In this document: piece after piece, positions 36,204 to 43,749 of the stretch
How positions within the stretch are numbered: the first letter of the stretch is position 1
Layout of the letters: each line of letters starts with the position of its first letter
From: an uncultured Actinomycetes bacterium
Lineage (GTDB): Bacteria; Actinomycetota; Actinomycetes; Streptosporangiales; Streptosporangiaceae
Direction: 5' to 3'
NCBI GenBank assembly: GCA_963786975.1
Contig: CAWBBE010000005.1
Location: 17,826-81,825 of the forward strand
Length of the DNA: 64,000 bases
Notes under the pieces: model-generated
Databases searched by the model: none
What the model was told of the DNA's origin: nothing
The model's input: only the letters and a program-made list of their open reading frames with translations
Position numbers and translations under genes: made by a program

Positions 36204-36614
36204 TCAGCGCAGTTCCTGGATGCGGACGAGGTTGCCCGCGGGATCGCGGACGGCGCAGTCGCGGATCCCGTACGGCTGCTCGATCGGCTCCTGGACCACC
36301 TCGGCTCCGCCGGCCTGCACCTTTTCGAAGGTGGCGTTGAGGTCGGCGGTGGCCAGCAGGATCCAGCCGTAGGTGCCCTTGGCCATCATCTCGGCGATGG
36401 TCCGGCGCTCGTCGTCGGTGACCCCGGGGTCGGCGCCCGGCGGCGCCAGCAGGATGGACGTGCCGGGCTGGCCGGCCGGGCCGACCGTAATCCAGCGCAT
36501 CTTGCCTTTCCCGACGTCGCTGCGGACCTCGAAGCCGAGCGTGTCGCGGTAGAAGGCCACCGAGGCGTCCGGGTCGTCGTGCGGGAGGAAGCTCGCGTGA
36601 ATGGTGATGTCCAT
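36204..36614 (-). CDS. VOC / glyoxalase-family protein
   Basis: C-terminal part of ORF 36204..37103 from ATG 36614. ASVAFYRDTLGFEV and CAVRDPAGNLVRIQE. Confidence 0.85.
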   Translation of the reverse strand: MDITIHASFLPHDDPDASVAFYRDTLGFEVRSDVGKGKMRWITVGPAGQPGTSILLAPPGADPGVTDDERRTIAEMMAKGTYGWILLATADLNATFEKVQAGGAEVVQEPIEQPYGIRDCAVRDPAGNLVRIQELR

Positions 36615-36617
36615 GCC

Positions 36618-36682
36618 GGTCAGGCTAGCTGCGGCTCGGTGACCGGCGCTTCTCGGTTCCTGACCGGCCTGGTCACCTGCTT
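36618..36682. repeat. 65-bp direct repeat, copy 1 (covers the AraC 3' end and stop)
   Basis: GTCAGGCTAGCTGCGGCTCGGTGACCGGCGCTTCTCGGTTCCTGACCGGCCTGGTCAC... compares with 37128-37192, with a few mismatches. Confidence 0.75.
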
Positions 36683-37084
36683 CGCCACGCACGCCGGCAG
36701 GCCCGCCGTCGCCCGGGCTGCCTGGCTCCGGTAGCTGCTCGGCGGCAGCCCGACCAGCTCGGTGAACCGGCTGCTGAAGGTGCCCAGCGACGAGCAGCCG
36801 ACCGCGAAGCAGACCTCGGTGACGCTGAGGTCGCCACGGCGCAGCAGCGCCATCGCGCGCTCGATCCGCCGCGTCATCAGGTAGCCGTACGGCGACTCGC
36901 CGTAGGCGAGCCGGAACTCGCGGCTGAAGTGCCCGGCCGACATGTGCGCGCCGCGGGCCAGCGCCTCGACGTCCAGCGGCTGCGCGTACTCCTGGTCCAT
37001 CCGGTCCCGGACCCGGCGCAGCCGCGCGAGGTCGCTCAGCCGCTGCGTCGCGGCGAGCGCTCGCGTCCACGATGGGTGACACAT
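36620..37084 (-). CDS. AraC/XylS-family transcriptional regulator (HTH domain only, about 150 aa)
   Basis: ORF 36620..37264 trimmed to ATG 37084 (AGGAGG SD). LDVEALARGAHMSAGHFSREFRLAYGESPYGYLMTRRIERAMALL and VTEVCFAVGCSSLGTFSSRF. Confidence 0.85.
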   Translation of the reverse strand: MCHPSWTRALAATQRLSDLARLRRVRDRMDQEYAQPLDVEALARGAHMSAGHFSREFRLAYGESPYGYLMTRRIERAMALLRRGDLSVTEVCFAVGCSSLGTFSSRFTELVGLPPSSYRSQAARATAGLPACVAKQVTRPVRNREAPVTEPQLA

Positions 37085-37127
37085 GAGAGACCTCCTTTGG
37101 CACGGTGGCGGACCGCGGTGGTCCCAG

Positions 37128-37192
37128 GTCAGGCTAGCTGCGGCTCGGTGACCGGCGCTTCTCGATTCCTGATCGGTCTGGTCACTGCTTCC
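37128..37192. repeat. 65-bp direct repeat, copy 2 (orphan AraC-tail relic upstream of the AraC gene)
   Basis: Reads ..AVTRPIRNREAPVTEPQLA* on the minus strand with no gene body attached. Confidence 0.75.
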
Positions 37193-37271
37193 TGCTGAGC
37201 CTGCGCCACCGGGCCAGGGCCGCCGCGCTGCTGGCCCCGGCTCCGGGGAGGTGGCGATCATCACCAGCTCG

Positions 37272-37547
37272 TCAAATTCTCAGATGCTTGAACCCCTCTC
37301 GCACGATGCGGGCGCCGAGCGCGCCAGCGGCACCGGTGATCACCCCCCTGGTAATGGTCGTACCATGCTCGGCCCCGAATTCCTTGGCGGCTCTCATAAT
37401 GGGTACTGCTGCCGCATTGAACCCTTCGCTGAAGGCGCCATTATCAGTCGAGGCGTCATAGGCACCTTTGGCGAACCCGGCGGCAATCGCCACCGGAGAT
37501 ACAGCAACTACGCTGACGTTCGACCAGAACTCGTTTGTATTTTCCAC
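37272..37547 (-). CDS. Small Gly/Ala-rich hypothetical protein in a locally lower-GC patch
   Basis: ORF 37272..37547 with GTG start after GAGAGGAA. 91 aa, VENTNEFWSNVSVVAVSPVAIAAGFAKGAY...ITGAAGALGARIV. No recognisable family. Confidence 0.45.
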   Translation of the reverse strand: MENTNEFWSNVSVVAVSPVAIAAGFAKGAYDASTDNGAFSEGFNAAAVPIMRAAKEFGAEHGTTITRGVITGAAGALGARIVREGFKHLRI

Positions 37548-38022
37548 TTGCTATTCCTCTCTCCCCTTGGAGTTCAGGAGACGACCCGCGCGGGCCGCCA
37601 GTTCCAGCATCACACCCAGTACGCGGCCAGCGCTGGCCCGCGTCGTCACCTCGTCGTCCTCACCGTGCGGATGGGTCATTGTCCGGAGCACCATTCATCA
37701 GCGGCGGACCCTCAGACACGCGTGCGGACCGCACCGGTCAGGTACGTGCGAACATCCGGCGCCAGGCTGCGGGCAGGCTCGTGCACACCTCACCACAATC
37801 CTGGCCCGCGCCAGGGCGAAGCGCCATGGTCCAGCATCCACATCCATGGTGGACCTTGCTCCCCGGCCAGCCTGGCGAGACGCCGCGGGCCCCGGGCCAT
37901 CCCGGCCTAAGGCCGGTACCGGGCAGGAACTAGGGCATTCGCACGATGCGGCGCCAGGGGCCTTACGGCGATGCTCAGAGTACGGCCGCAGAGGCGGCCG
38001 GTGCGAAGAGAGGAGCATTGCC

Positions 38023-38136
38023 ATGACCGCGATTACGCGGATCGTGCGGCGGGTGGCCGCCGTGGTGGACGACATGAACTACGCGCAGCGCAGGTCCACG
38101 GAGCTGTTCCTGGGCCTCGGCGAGAAGCGGCGCTAG
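38023..38136 (+). CDS. 37-aa small ORF, hypothetical
   Basis: ATG 38023 preceded by AGAGGAG. MTAITRIVRRVAAVVDDMNYAQRRSTELFLGLGEKRR. High GC3. Below the ORF-track size cut-off as an independent ORF. Confidence 0.35.
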   Translation: MTAITRIVRRVAAVVDDMNYAQRRSTELFLGLGEKRR

Positions 38137-38160
38137 GCAACAGGAGCATCTCCCCGGCCA

Positions 38161-38232
38161 GTGCCGGGCGGCCCGGCCGAGGTTGCGCCGGGCGGCCCGG
38201 CCGAGGTTGCGCCGGGCGGCCCGGCCGAGGTT
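38161..38232. repeat. Tandem repeat, 3 x 24 bp (G[T/C]GCCGGGCGGCCCGGCCGAGGTT) plus a partial 4th unit
   Basis: Read directly. Each unit contains the dyad CCGGGC-G-GCCCGG. Lies between two convergent genes. Confidence 0.85.
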
Positions 38233-38300
38233 GTGCCCGGAGCCCGACTGGCTGACGGCCTGGCAGCTCGCCGGGCCGGCCGGGTCGCGGCGGTCCATGG

Positions 38301-39029
38301 CTACCGATCTAGCAGGAGCCGAAGGGTCCGGGCGTTCCGCACGGCATTGGCGTTGCCGTCGTTGTTGAAGTAGACGAACACTTCTTGCCCGGCCGCGTTC
38401 CATTCCCCGATCCGGTCAGCCCACCATGCCAGGTCGGCGTCAGGGTAGGAACCTGCGTACAAGTGGTGCTGGTCTGGGCCGTGCATTCGCACGTAGGCGA
38501 AGTCCGTGGTGGCTCGCAGTATGCACGGCAGGTTCGCGCCGCTCATCACGCAGTAAGCGGCACCGTGTGCTTCCAGCAGTGCGAAGATTTCCTCGCAGTG
38601 CCAGCTGCGATGGCGGAACTCCACCGCGACCCGTATCCAGCCGGGGACGAGCCGGAGGAAATAGGCCAGCCGGGCGTCATCGCGTGCGTGCGAAGGCGCG
38701 AGCTGGACCAGCAGCACCGCGCGCCTGTCACTCAGCTCGTGCCAGCCCACCGCGATGCGCTGCAGCCACGTCTCCGGCGCGTAGAGCCGGCGCCCGTGGG
38801 TCAGGCCCCGCGGTGCCTTGGCGGACAGGCGGAAGCCATCGGGCAGCCTGTGCCGCCAGCTGCTGAACGCCGCCGGCCGAGGCCAGTGGTAGAAGCTGCT
38901 GTTCAGCTCAGCCGTGCCGAAGGCAGCAGCGTAGCGGGCTAGCCGGTCACCGGCCGCGAGCCCCGGAGCATACAGTTCAGGGTGCCAATGGTCGTAGCTC
39001 CACCCAGAAGTGCCGATCCTGGTCACCAC
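38301..39029 (-). CDS. DUF72 family protein
   Basis: ORF 38301..39353 trimmed to GTG 39029. RIGTSGWSYDHW, FGTAELNSSFY, VEFRHRSW and VYFNND are classic DUF72 motifs. Confidence 0.85.
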   Translation of the reverse strand: MVTRIGTSGWSYDHWHPELYAPGLAAGDRLARYAAAFGTAELNSSFYHWPRPAAFSSWRHRLPDGFRLSAKAPRGLTHGRRLYAPETWLQRIAVGWHELSDRRAVLLVQLAPSHARDDARLAYFLRLVPGWIRVAVEFRHRSWHCEEIFALLEAHGAAYCVMSGANLPCILRATTDFAYVRMHGPDQHHLYAGSYPDADLAWWADRIGEWNAAGQEVFVYFNNDGNANAVRNARTLRLLLDR

Positions 39030-39105
39030 TGTTCCTGCCAGCCACCGGACCAGCCGGCAACCCGGCCGTCCGGCGCCATGCCGCGGCGGATCGGCGATGG
39101 TGATA

Positions 39106-39483
39106 TCACGAGCCGGGCGTTTCGCCGCCAGGCTGCTGACCGGGTCCCGGCTGGCTCGCTGCTGGTATGTCCGCATCCACCAGCGCGGTCGAGCCGGCCG
39201 GACGGGCGACCGCGCCCTCGGTCCGCGCCCGGAGGCGTTCCAGCGATTCACCATCGCCGAGCGGGATAGCGGCTTCCAGGCGCGCGCTGGCCTGCACCTC
39301 GGGCAGGTCCATGACGACATCGACCAGGTTCGCCCGGCTGCCCGGGGTAACATGCCCGGACGCCGCGTGCAGCGATGCCCGGGCGGTTCCGCCGGCTCCG
39401 CTGGATGTTGTCACCTCGGCAGCGGTGACCATTTGATCACCATCGTTGATCTCGATGCGCCGGGGCGTATCAGGGCTAGTCAT
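39106..39483 (-). CDS. Hypothetical protein (125 aa)
   Basis: C-terminal part of ORF 39106..40035 from ATG 39483 (GGAG 8 nt upstream). High GC3. Same strand as and 77 nt upstream of the DUF72 gene. Confidence 0.5.
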   Translation of the reverse strand: MTSPDTPRRIEINDGDQMVTAAEVTTSSGAGGTARASLHAASGHVTPGSRANLVDVVMDLPEVQASARLEAAIPLGDGESLERLRARTEGAVARPAGSTALVDADIPAASQPGPGQQPGGETPGS

Positions 39484-39829
39484 GAGATGTCTCCGTGATG
39501 AGATGTCTCCGGAAATCGCCTGTGCTGACCTGACCAGGTGCACCAGGCCTATCAGCCTCGCCCTGGCGCGCCCCTGGCCGGTCCGGTACGCACAGCAGCA
39601 TTGCTGCCGCAGGTCCTGGTACTGCGCTGCCCGGGACCGACCGGATGAAACGGGCCGCCATCGTCTAATCCGTGCGAGACCGGCACCAGTGGCCGTCCGG
39701 CAGCCTCGGGTGCCCTGATGGCCGCGGCCGGGGCCGGGGAAGACCTCGAAGACCAGCCAGCATGTGAGCCGGGCCGCTATCCTCCCGACCCGGCGTATCT
39801 CCTCAGATCGGCGGGCTAGGTTCTTTCCC

Positions 39830-40501
39830 ATGGCGATCGCGCGATTCAAGGACTTGTGCCTGGACGCGGGCGACCCGGCCCGGCTCGGCGCGTTCTGGGC
39901 GGCCGTGCTCGGCCGCAGCTGGGAGGCCAAGGCTGACGGCGAGGGACTGCTGACCGGGCCGACGCCGCAGCACACGATGTGGGTCAACCGGGTCCCCGCG
40001 GCCAAGAACGTCAAGCACCGGGTGCACCTGGACATTTACGCCCGGGACCTGGGGGACCTGGAGGCGCTCGGCGCGACCATCGTGGAGCCGCAGCACGGCA
40101 CGCGCACCTGGACGGTCATGGCCGATCCCGAGGGCGGCGAGTTCTGCGCGTTCCTGCGTTCCGTGGTCCCGGCTGAGCGGCTGCACGGCCTGGTGGTGGA
40201 CTGCGCCGACCCCGAAGCGCAGGCCCGGTGGTGGGCCGGGGTGTACGGGGTCAGCGTCACCGAGAACGACGGCTGGTGCACCCTGCAGGGCGTGCCTGGC
40301 ATGCCGATCCTCACCATGGACTTCGTTCCGGTGCCCGAGCCGAAGACCGTGAAGAACCGCATCCACTGGGACGTTACGGTTCCCGGCGTGGCGCCGCTCG
40401 CTGCGGCCGGGGCCACGGTCCTGCGCGAGCCGGGCGGCGACATCCGCTGGCACGTGCTGGCCGATCCGGAGGGAAACGAGTTCTGCGTGTTCGCCGGGTA
40501 G
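39830..40501 (+). CDS. Two-domain VOC / glyoxalase-like protein
   Basis: ORF 39764..40501 trimmed to ATG 39830. Two halves each carry VK[HN]R[VI]H[LW]D and ADPEG[GN]EFC. Confidence 0.85.
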   Translation: MAIARFKDLCLDAGDPARLGAFWAAVLGRSWEAKADGEGLLTGPTPQHTMWVNRVPAAKNVKHRVHLDIYARDLGDLEALGATIVEPQHGTRTWTVMADPEGGEFCAFLRSVVPAERLHGLVVDCADPEAQARWWAGVYGVSVTENDGWCTLQGVPGMPILTMDFVPVPEPKTVKNRIHWDVTVPGVAPLAAAGATVLREPGGDIRWHVLADPEGNEFCVFAG

Positions 40502-40595
40502 GTCTGTCGATTCGCGGCGGTCCCGTCCGTCGGACCTAGTGTCAGGTCCATATTCCGGCCGCAGACGCCGGCCGGCCAGGTGCGAGGAGAATTCG

Positions 40596-40904
40596 ATGGC
40601 GAAGTTCGTGTATGTCTACATCGGCGGTCAGATGGCAGAGACGCCAGCGGCGCAGGAGCAGGCGATGCAGGCCTGGGGGGCATGGTTCGGTGAACTCGGC
40701 GACTCGGTTGCGGACATGGGGAACCCGTTCGGCAACTCCGCGACGGTAAGTCCGGGCGGTGTCGCCGACGGGGCCAAGTCTGGTGCGGGCGGCTACTCGA
40801 TCGTGTCGGCCGGCTCGCTGAGTGAGGCGACGGCGAAGGCCACCGGCTGCCCGGTGCTAGCCAGCGGCGGGTCCGTCGAGGTCTTCGAGGCCATCGAGAT
40901 GTAG
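40596..40904 (+). CDS. Small YciI-like (Dabb-fold) protein, hypothetical
   Basis: ORF 40539..40904 trimmed to ATG 40596 (GAGGAG SD). GGYSIV..SL.EA...A.GCPVL..GGSVEV.E has the same layout as YciI-superfamily proteins. Confidence 0.65.
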   Translation: MAKFVYVYIGGQMAETPAAQEQAMQAWGAWFGELGDSVADMGNPFGNSATVSPGGVADGAKSGAGGYSIVSAGSLSEATAKATGCPVLASGGSVEVFEAIEM

Positions 40905-40924
40905 TGGCACCGGCGTAAGCGGGT

Positions 40925-41455
40925 TGCCCAGGGCCGGAGCTTGCGGGGGTTGCGTACCGCCCAGATGCGGGTGATCTGGTGGCCGGTGGTCTGGAAGGCG
41001 AAGACCGTTACGGTGACGTGGTCTTGCTGTGCGACCAGGCCGGGCTGGCCGTTGACGGTGCGTTCCAGGATGGTCAGGTTGCCGGGTGCCCGGCCGGCGA
41101 GATCGGCCAGGTAGCGGGCGATCTGCTGGCTGCCCTCGATCGGGTGCAGCGCGGCCGGGACCAGGCCGCCGCCGTCGGCGGTCATGGTGGCGGCGGGGTC
41201 CAGCAGGCCGATGAGGGCACTGATGTCGCTGGCTTGCCAGGCTTTCCTGAATTCGCTGATGAGGGCGGCCCGGCGGGGGGCCGGGGCGGCGGGGGGCTGC
41301 GCGGCGCGGATGCGGCGGCGGGCGGCGGAGGCCAGCTCGCGGCAGGCCGCCGGGGTGCGGCCGGTGATCCGGGCTACCTCGGCGAAGGAGTAGCCGAAGA
41401 CGTCGTGCAAGATGACCGCGACCCGCTGGGCCGGGGTCACCGATTCGAGCACGCG
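40925..41455 (-). pseudogene. SigJ-like ECF sigma factor, 5'-truncated (region 4 + SnoaL-like C-terminal domain only)
   Basis: VTPAQRVAVILHDVFGYSFAEVARITGRTPAACRELASAARRRI (region 4), then ISEFRKAWQASDISALIGLLDP...VRNPRKL. No region 2. The reading frame runs on into the neighbouring gene. Confidence 0.6.
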
Positions 41456-41461
41456 GCCGGC

Positions 41462-41617
41462 GTCACCGATGAGGCCCGGGCGAATGCGGCCAAGCATTAC
41501 GACGATGACCAGATCGCCGCGCTGGTGTCGCTCATCGCCCAGATCAACGCCTGGAACCGGCTGAACGTCATTACCCGCCAGCCCGCCGGTGACTACCAGC
41601 CTGGCCAGTGGGGATAG
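41462..41617 (+). pseudogene. Carboxymuconolactone-decarboxylase (AhpD-like) family, C-terminal fragment
   Basis: VTDEARANAAKHYDDDQIAALVSLIAQINAWNRLNVITRQPAGDYQPGQWG resembles CMD-family C-termini. It starts within about 10 nt of the end of the sigma fragment. Confidence 0.5.
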
Positions 41618-41767
41618 CCTCCCGGGCAGCCGGCCAGGAATCAACGGCGGTGATCCGCAGGTCGTGCCGTGGCCACCGATGCGCCGTCGATGTCCTCGTT
41701 GACTCTCACCCCCAGCACCTGGCAGTAAACCAGGCCCGGGAGCCGGGGCGCCTGGCATCCTCGGGCT

Positions 41768-43063
41768 ATGGACGAGACGCTGGCGCCCGTGCGCGACCTC
41801 ACGGACTCTGAGCAGAACCAGGCGGTACTCGACGTGGCCTCCGTGCTGGCCGAGGGCAGCGCGGCGGCGGCGGATGTCGCGGGCAGCCACGGTCCGGCGG
41901 TGGCGGCCGAGGCGATTGCTGCGGCTCGCTCGCGGCGGCGGCTGGACGAGCTCACCGGACCGGTCCACCTGACCGTGGTGTGGGCCATGTACGGCGAGAC
42001 GGGCCGGATGGTCCCCCGCGCAGCGCACCCGCACGGGGAGGACTTCGTACGGGCCAAGGTCCGCCAGCTCGATTGGCTGACCGACGGCCTGCCCGGCGTC
42101 ACGTGGAGCATCATCGCCTGCGATGACGGATGCCCGGACCGGCCCTCGAGTGCCGACCTCATGACGGACATCGCGGCGGCCGAGGGCTACCCGGAGAAAG
42201 GCCACCGCAGCGTGACGGTGCTCAGGCTGGCTGAGCTGATCGGCGGTGACATCCCGGTCAGCCCTGCCTTCGACCGGCTGATCTCGACCGAGCAGTCCCG
42301 CAAGGGCGGATCGATACTGGCCGGGCTGGCCGCCGCGATCGGGACCGGCCCGGCGCGGGCGAACGGCGCCGGCCGGCATCTAGCCTGCTATACCGACGCG
42401 GATCTGTCCGCGAACCTGGCCCAGCTGGGCTCGCTGGCGGCGCCGGTGGTGGCCGGTGACAACGTGGTCGGCGCGCTCGGCCAGCGTTACGGGATCGACG
42501 GGGCGGTGCTGGTCCGGGCCGACGGGCCGGTCACCGAGCCGCACAGCACCAGCGACAAGCCGGACAAGATCATCGTCTTGTTCCGGCATTACGTCCGGGC
42601 CCTGCTCATCCCGTCCCTGGCCCAGGTGCTCGACACCCAGGCCGGCTTCAAGGCCTTCGACGCGGCCGCGCTCGGCCCGGCCATCCAGCAGATGACGTCC
42701 TTCACCGAGACCTTCGATGTCGAGTTGCTCATCCATCTCGCCCAGCGCTACGGACCACGGGCCCTGGCAGTCGAGCCGATCGTGTTCACCGAGGACTTCG
42801 CCGCGACGAATTTCCCCTCCGTCGATCCCGGGCCGCGCCACCTGACGATGGTTCGCCAGGTCGTGGAGCTCTACGACCGGCTCGTCGCGCCGATCGCCCC
42901 CGTCACCGGCGAGGCGGCCGACCTGCTCACCCTGATCAGGACACTCGACCTCGGCGACTACGTAACCTTGATCAACCACCTTCGCGCCGAGGACTCCGGC
43001 GACCCGACGCTGTTCGACCGGCGATGGCCGGTGCAGCACCTTCGCGACATCCTCGGCCGCTGA
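41768..43063 (+). CDS. Glycosyltransferase family 2-like protein
   Basis: ORF 41768..43063. LTVVWAMYGE (analogue of the VIPAYNE strand), ACDDGCPD (DxD-type) and CYTDADLS (DAD), then a long C-terminal extension. Confidence 0.65.
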   Translation: MDETLAPVRDLTDSEQNQAVLDVASVLAEGSAAAADVAGSHGPAVAAEAIAAARSRRRLDELTGPVHLTVVWAMYGETGRMVPRAAHPHGEDFVRAKVRQLDWLTDGLPGVTWSIIACDDGCPDRPSSADLMTDIAAAEGYPEKGHRSVTVLRLAELIGGDIPVSPAFDRLISTEQSRKGGSILAGLAAAIGTGPARANGAGRHLACYTDADLSANLAQLGSLAAPVVAGDNVVGALGQRYGIDGAVLVRADGPVTEPHSTSDKPDKIIVLFRHYVRALLIPSLAQVLDTQAGFKAFDAAALGPAIQQMTSFTETFDVELLIHLAQRYGPRALAVEPIVFTEDFAATNFPSVDPGPRHLTMVRQVVELYDRLVAPIAPVTGEAADLLTLIRTLDLGDYVTLINHLRAEDSGDPTLFDRRWPVQHLRDILGR

Positions 43064-43129
43064 CACCCGCCATCGGCAACGCACGCATCGGGCACGATCA
43101 CGCTCCCCGGGCGCGGGAGCTTGTGGTGC

Positions 43130-43513
43130 TCACAGCAGGTAGTTGCTGAGTTCGACGAGATTCTGGTCGGGATCGCGCAGATAGCAACTGGTGATCGGCC
43201 CGGTCGCGCCGGTGCGCTCAACCGGGCCCGCTTCGACGGGGACTCCGGCTGCGGCCAGCTCTGCGAGTACATCAGCGATGTCATCATCGACGACGAGGCA
43301 GATGTCCGCGCTTCCCGGCGTCGGGCGCAGTGCCTTCGGCTCGAACTCCTTCCCGGCCTCGTGGAGGTTGATCTTGCTGGCCCCGAAGGTCAGCGCGGTG
43401 CGGCCGGGACCGAAGGTCACTACCTCCATGCCCAGGACCCGCGTATAGAACTCGGCAGTCGCCTCGATGCTTGCCACCGTCAGCACGAGATGATCCAGCC
43501 TGTCGATTCGCAC
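43130..43513 (-). CDS. VOC / glyoxalase-family protein
   Basis: ORF 43130..43576 trimmed to GTG 43513 (AAGGAGAAGG SD). LDHLVLTVASIEATAEFYTRVLGMEV and CYLRDPDQNLVEL. Confidence 0.85.
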   Translation of the reverse strand: MRIDRLDHLVLTVASIEATAEFYTRVLGMEVVTFGPGRTALTFGASKINLHEAGKEFEPKALRPTPGSADICLVVDDDIADVLAELAAAGVPVEAGPVERTGATGPITSCYLRDPDQNLVELSNYLL

Positions 43514-43749
43514 GGTACCTTCTCCTTCGCCAGGCGCTGCGGCGCCGAGGTCCCCGGCCGCGGGTCTGCCTGGCACACCGACAGTTCACACCTCGGGACA
43601 TCCGCCATCGGCAGCGGGCCGCAGGTGCGAGCCGCGAGCCGGGCACCCGCCCGATCCACTGGCACCGGCCGCCGTGGCTCCGTCGCGGCGGCTGGTGGTG
43701 GCGGGATCAGGTCCCGGCGTGGTTGTCTCGTGGCGACGACAGGAGCGCG

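Noticed and set aside
37272-37547. Circular or leaderless bacteriocin assignment for the 91-aa Gly/Ala-rich ORF (an AKEFG string recalls the start of enterocin AS-48).
   Set aside because: The similarity is a five-residue coincidence. There are no maturation, immunity or transporter genes nearby. It is kept only as a hypothetical small protein.
38161-38373. ORF encoding (PGGPAEVA)n, or a CRISPR-like array.
   Set aside because: The peptide repeat is just the 24-bp tandem DNA repeat read in frame. The units are contiguous with no spacers, so it is not a CRISPR array. The same reasoning applies to the (GTTGCC)8 tract at 54580-54627.
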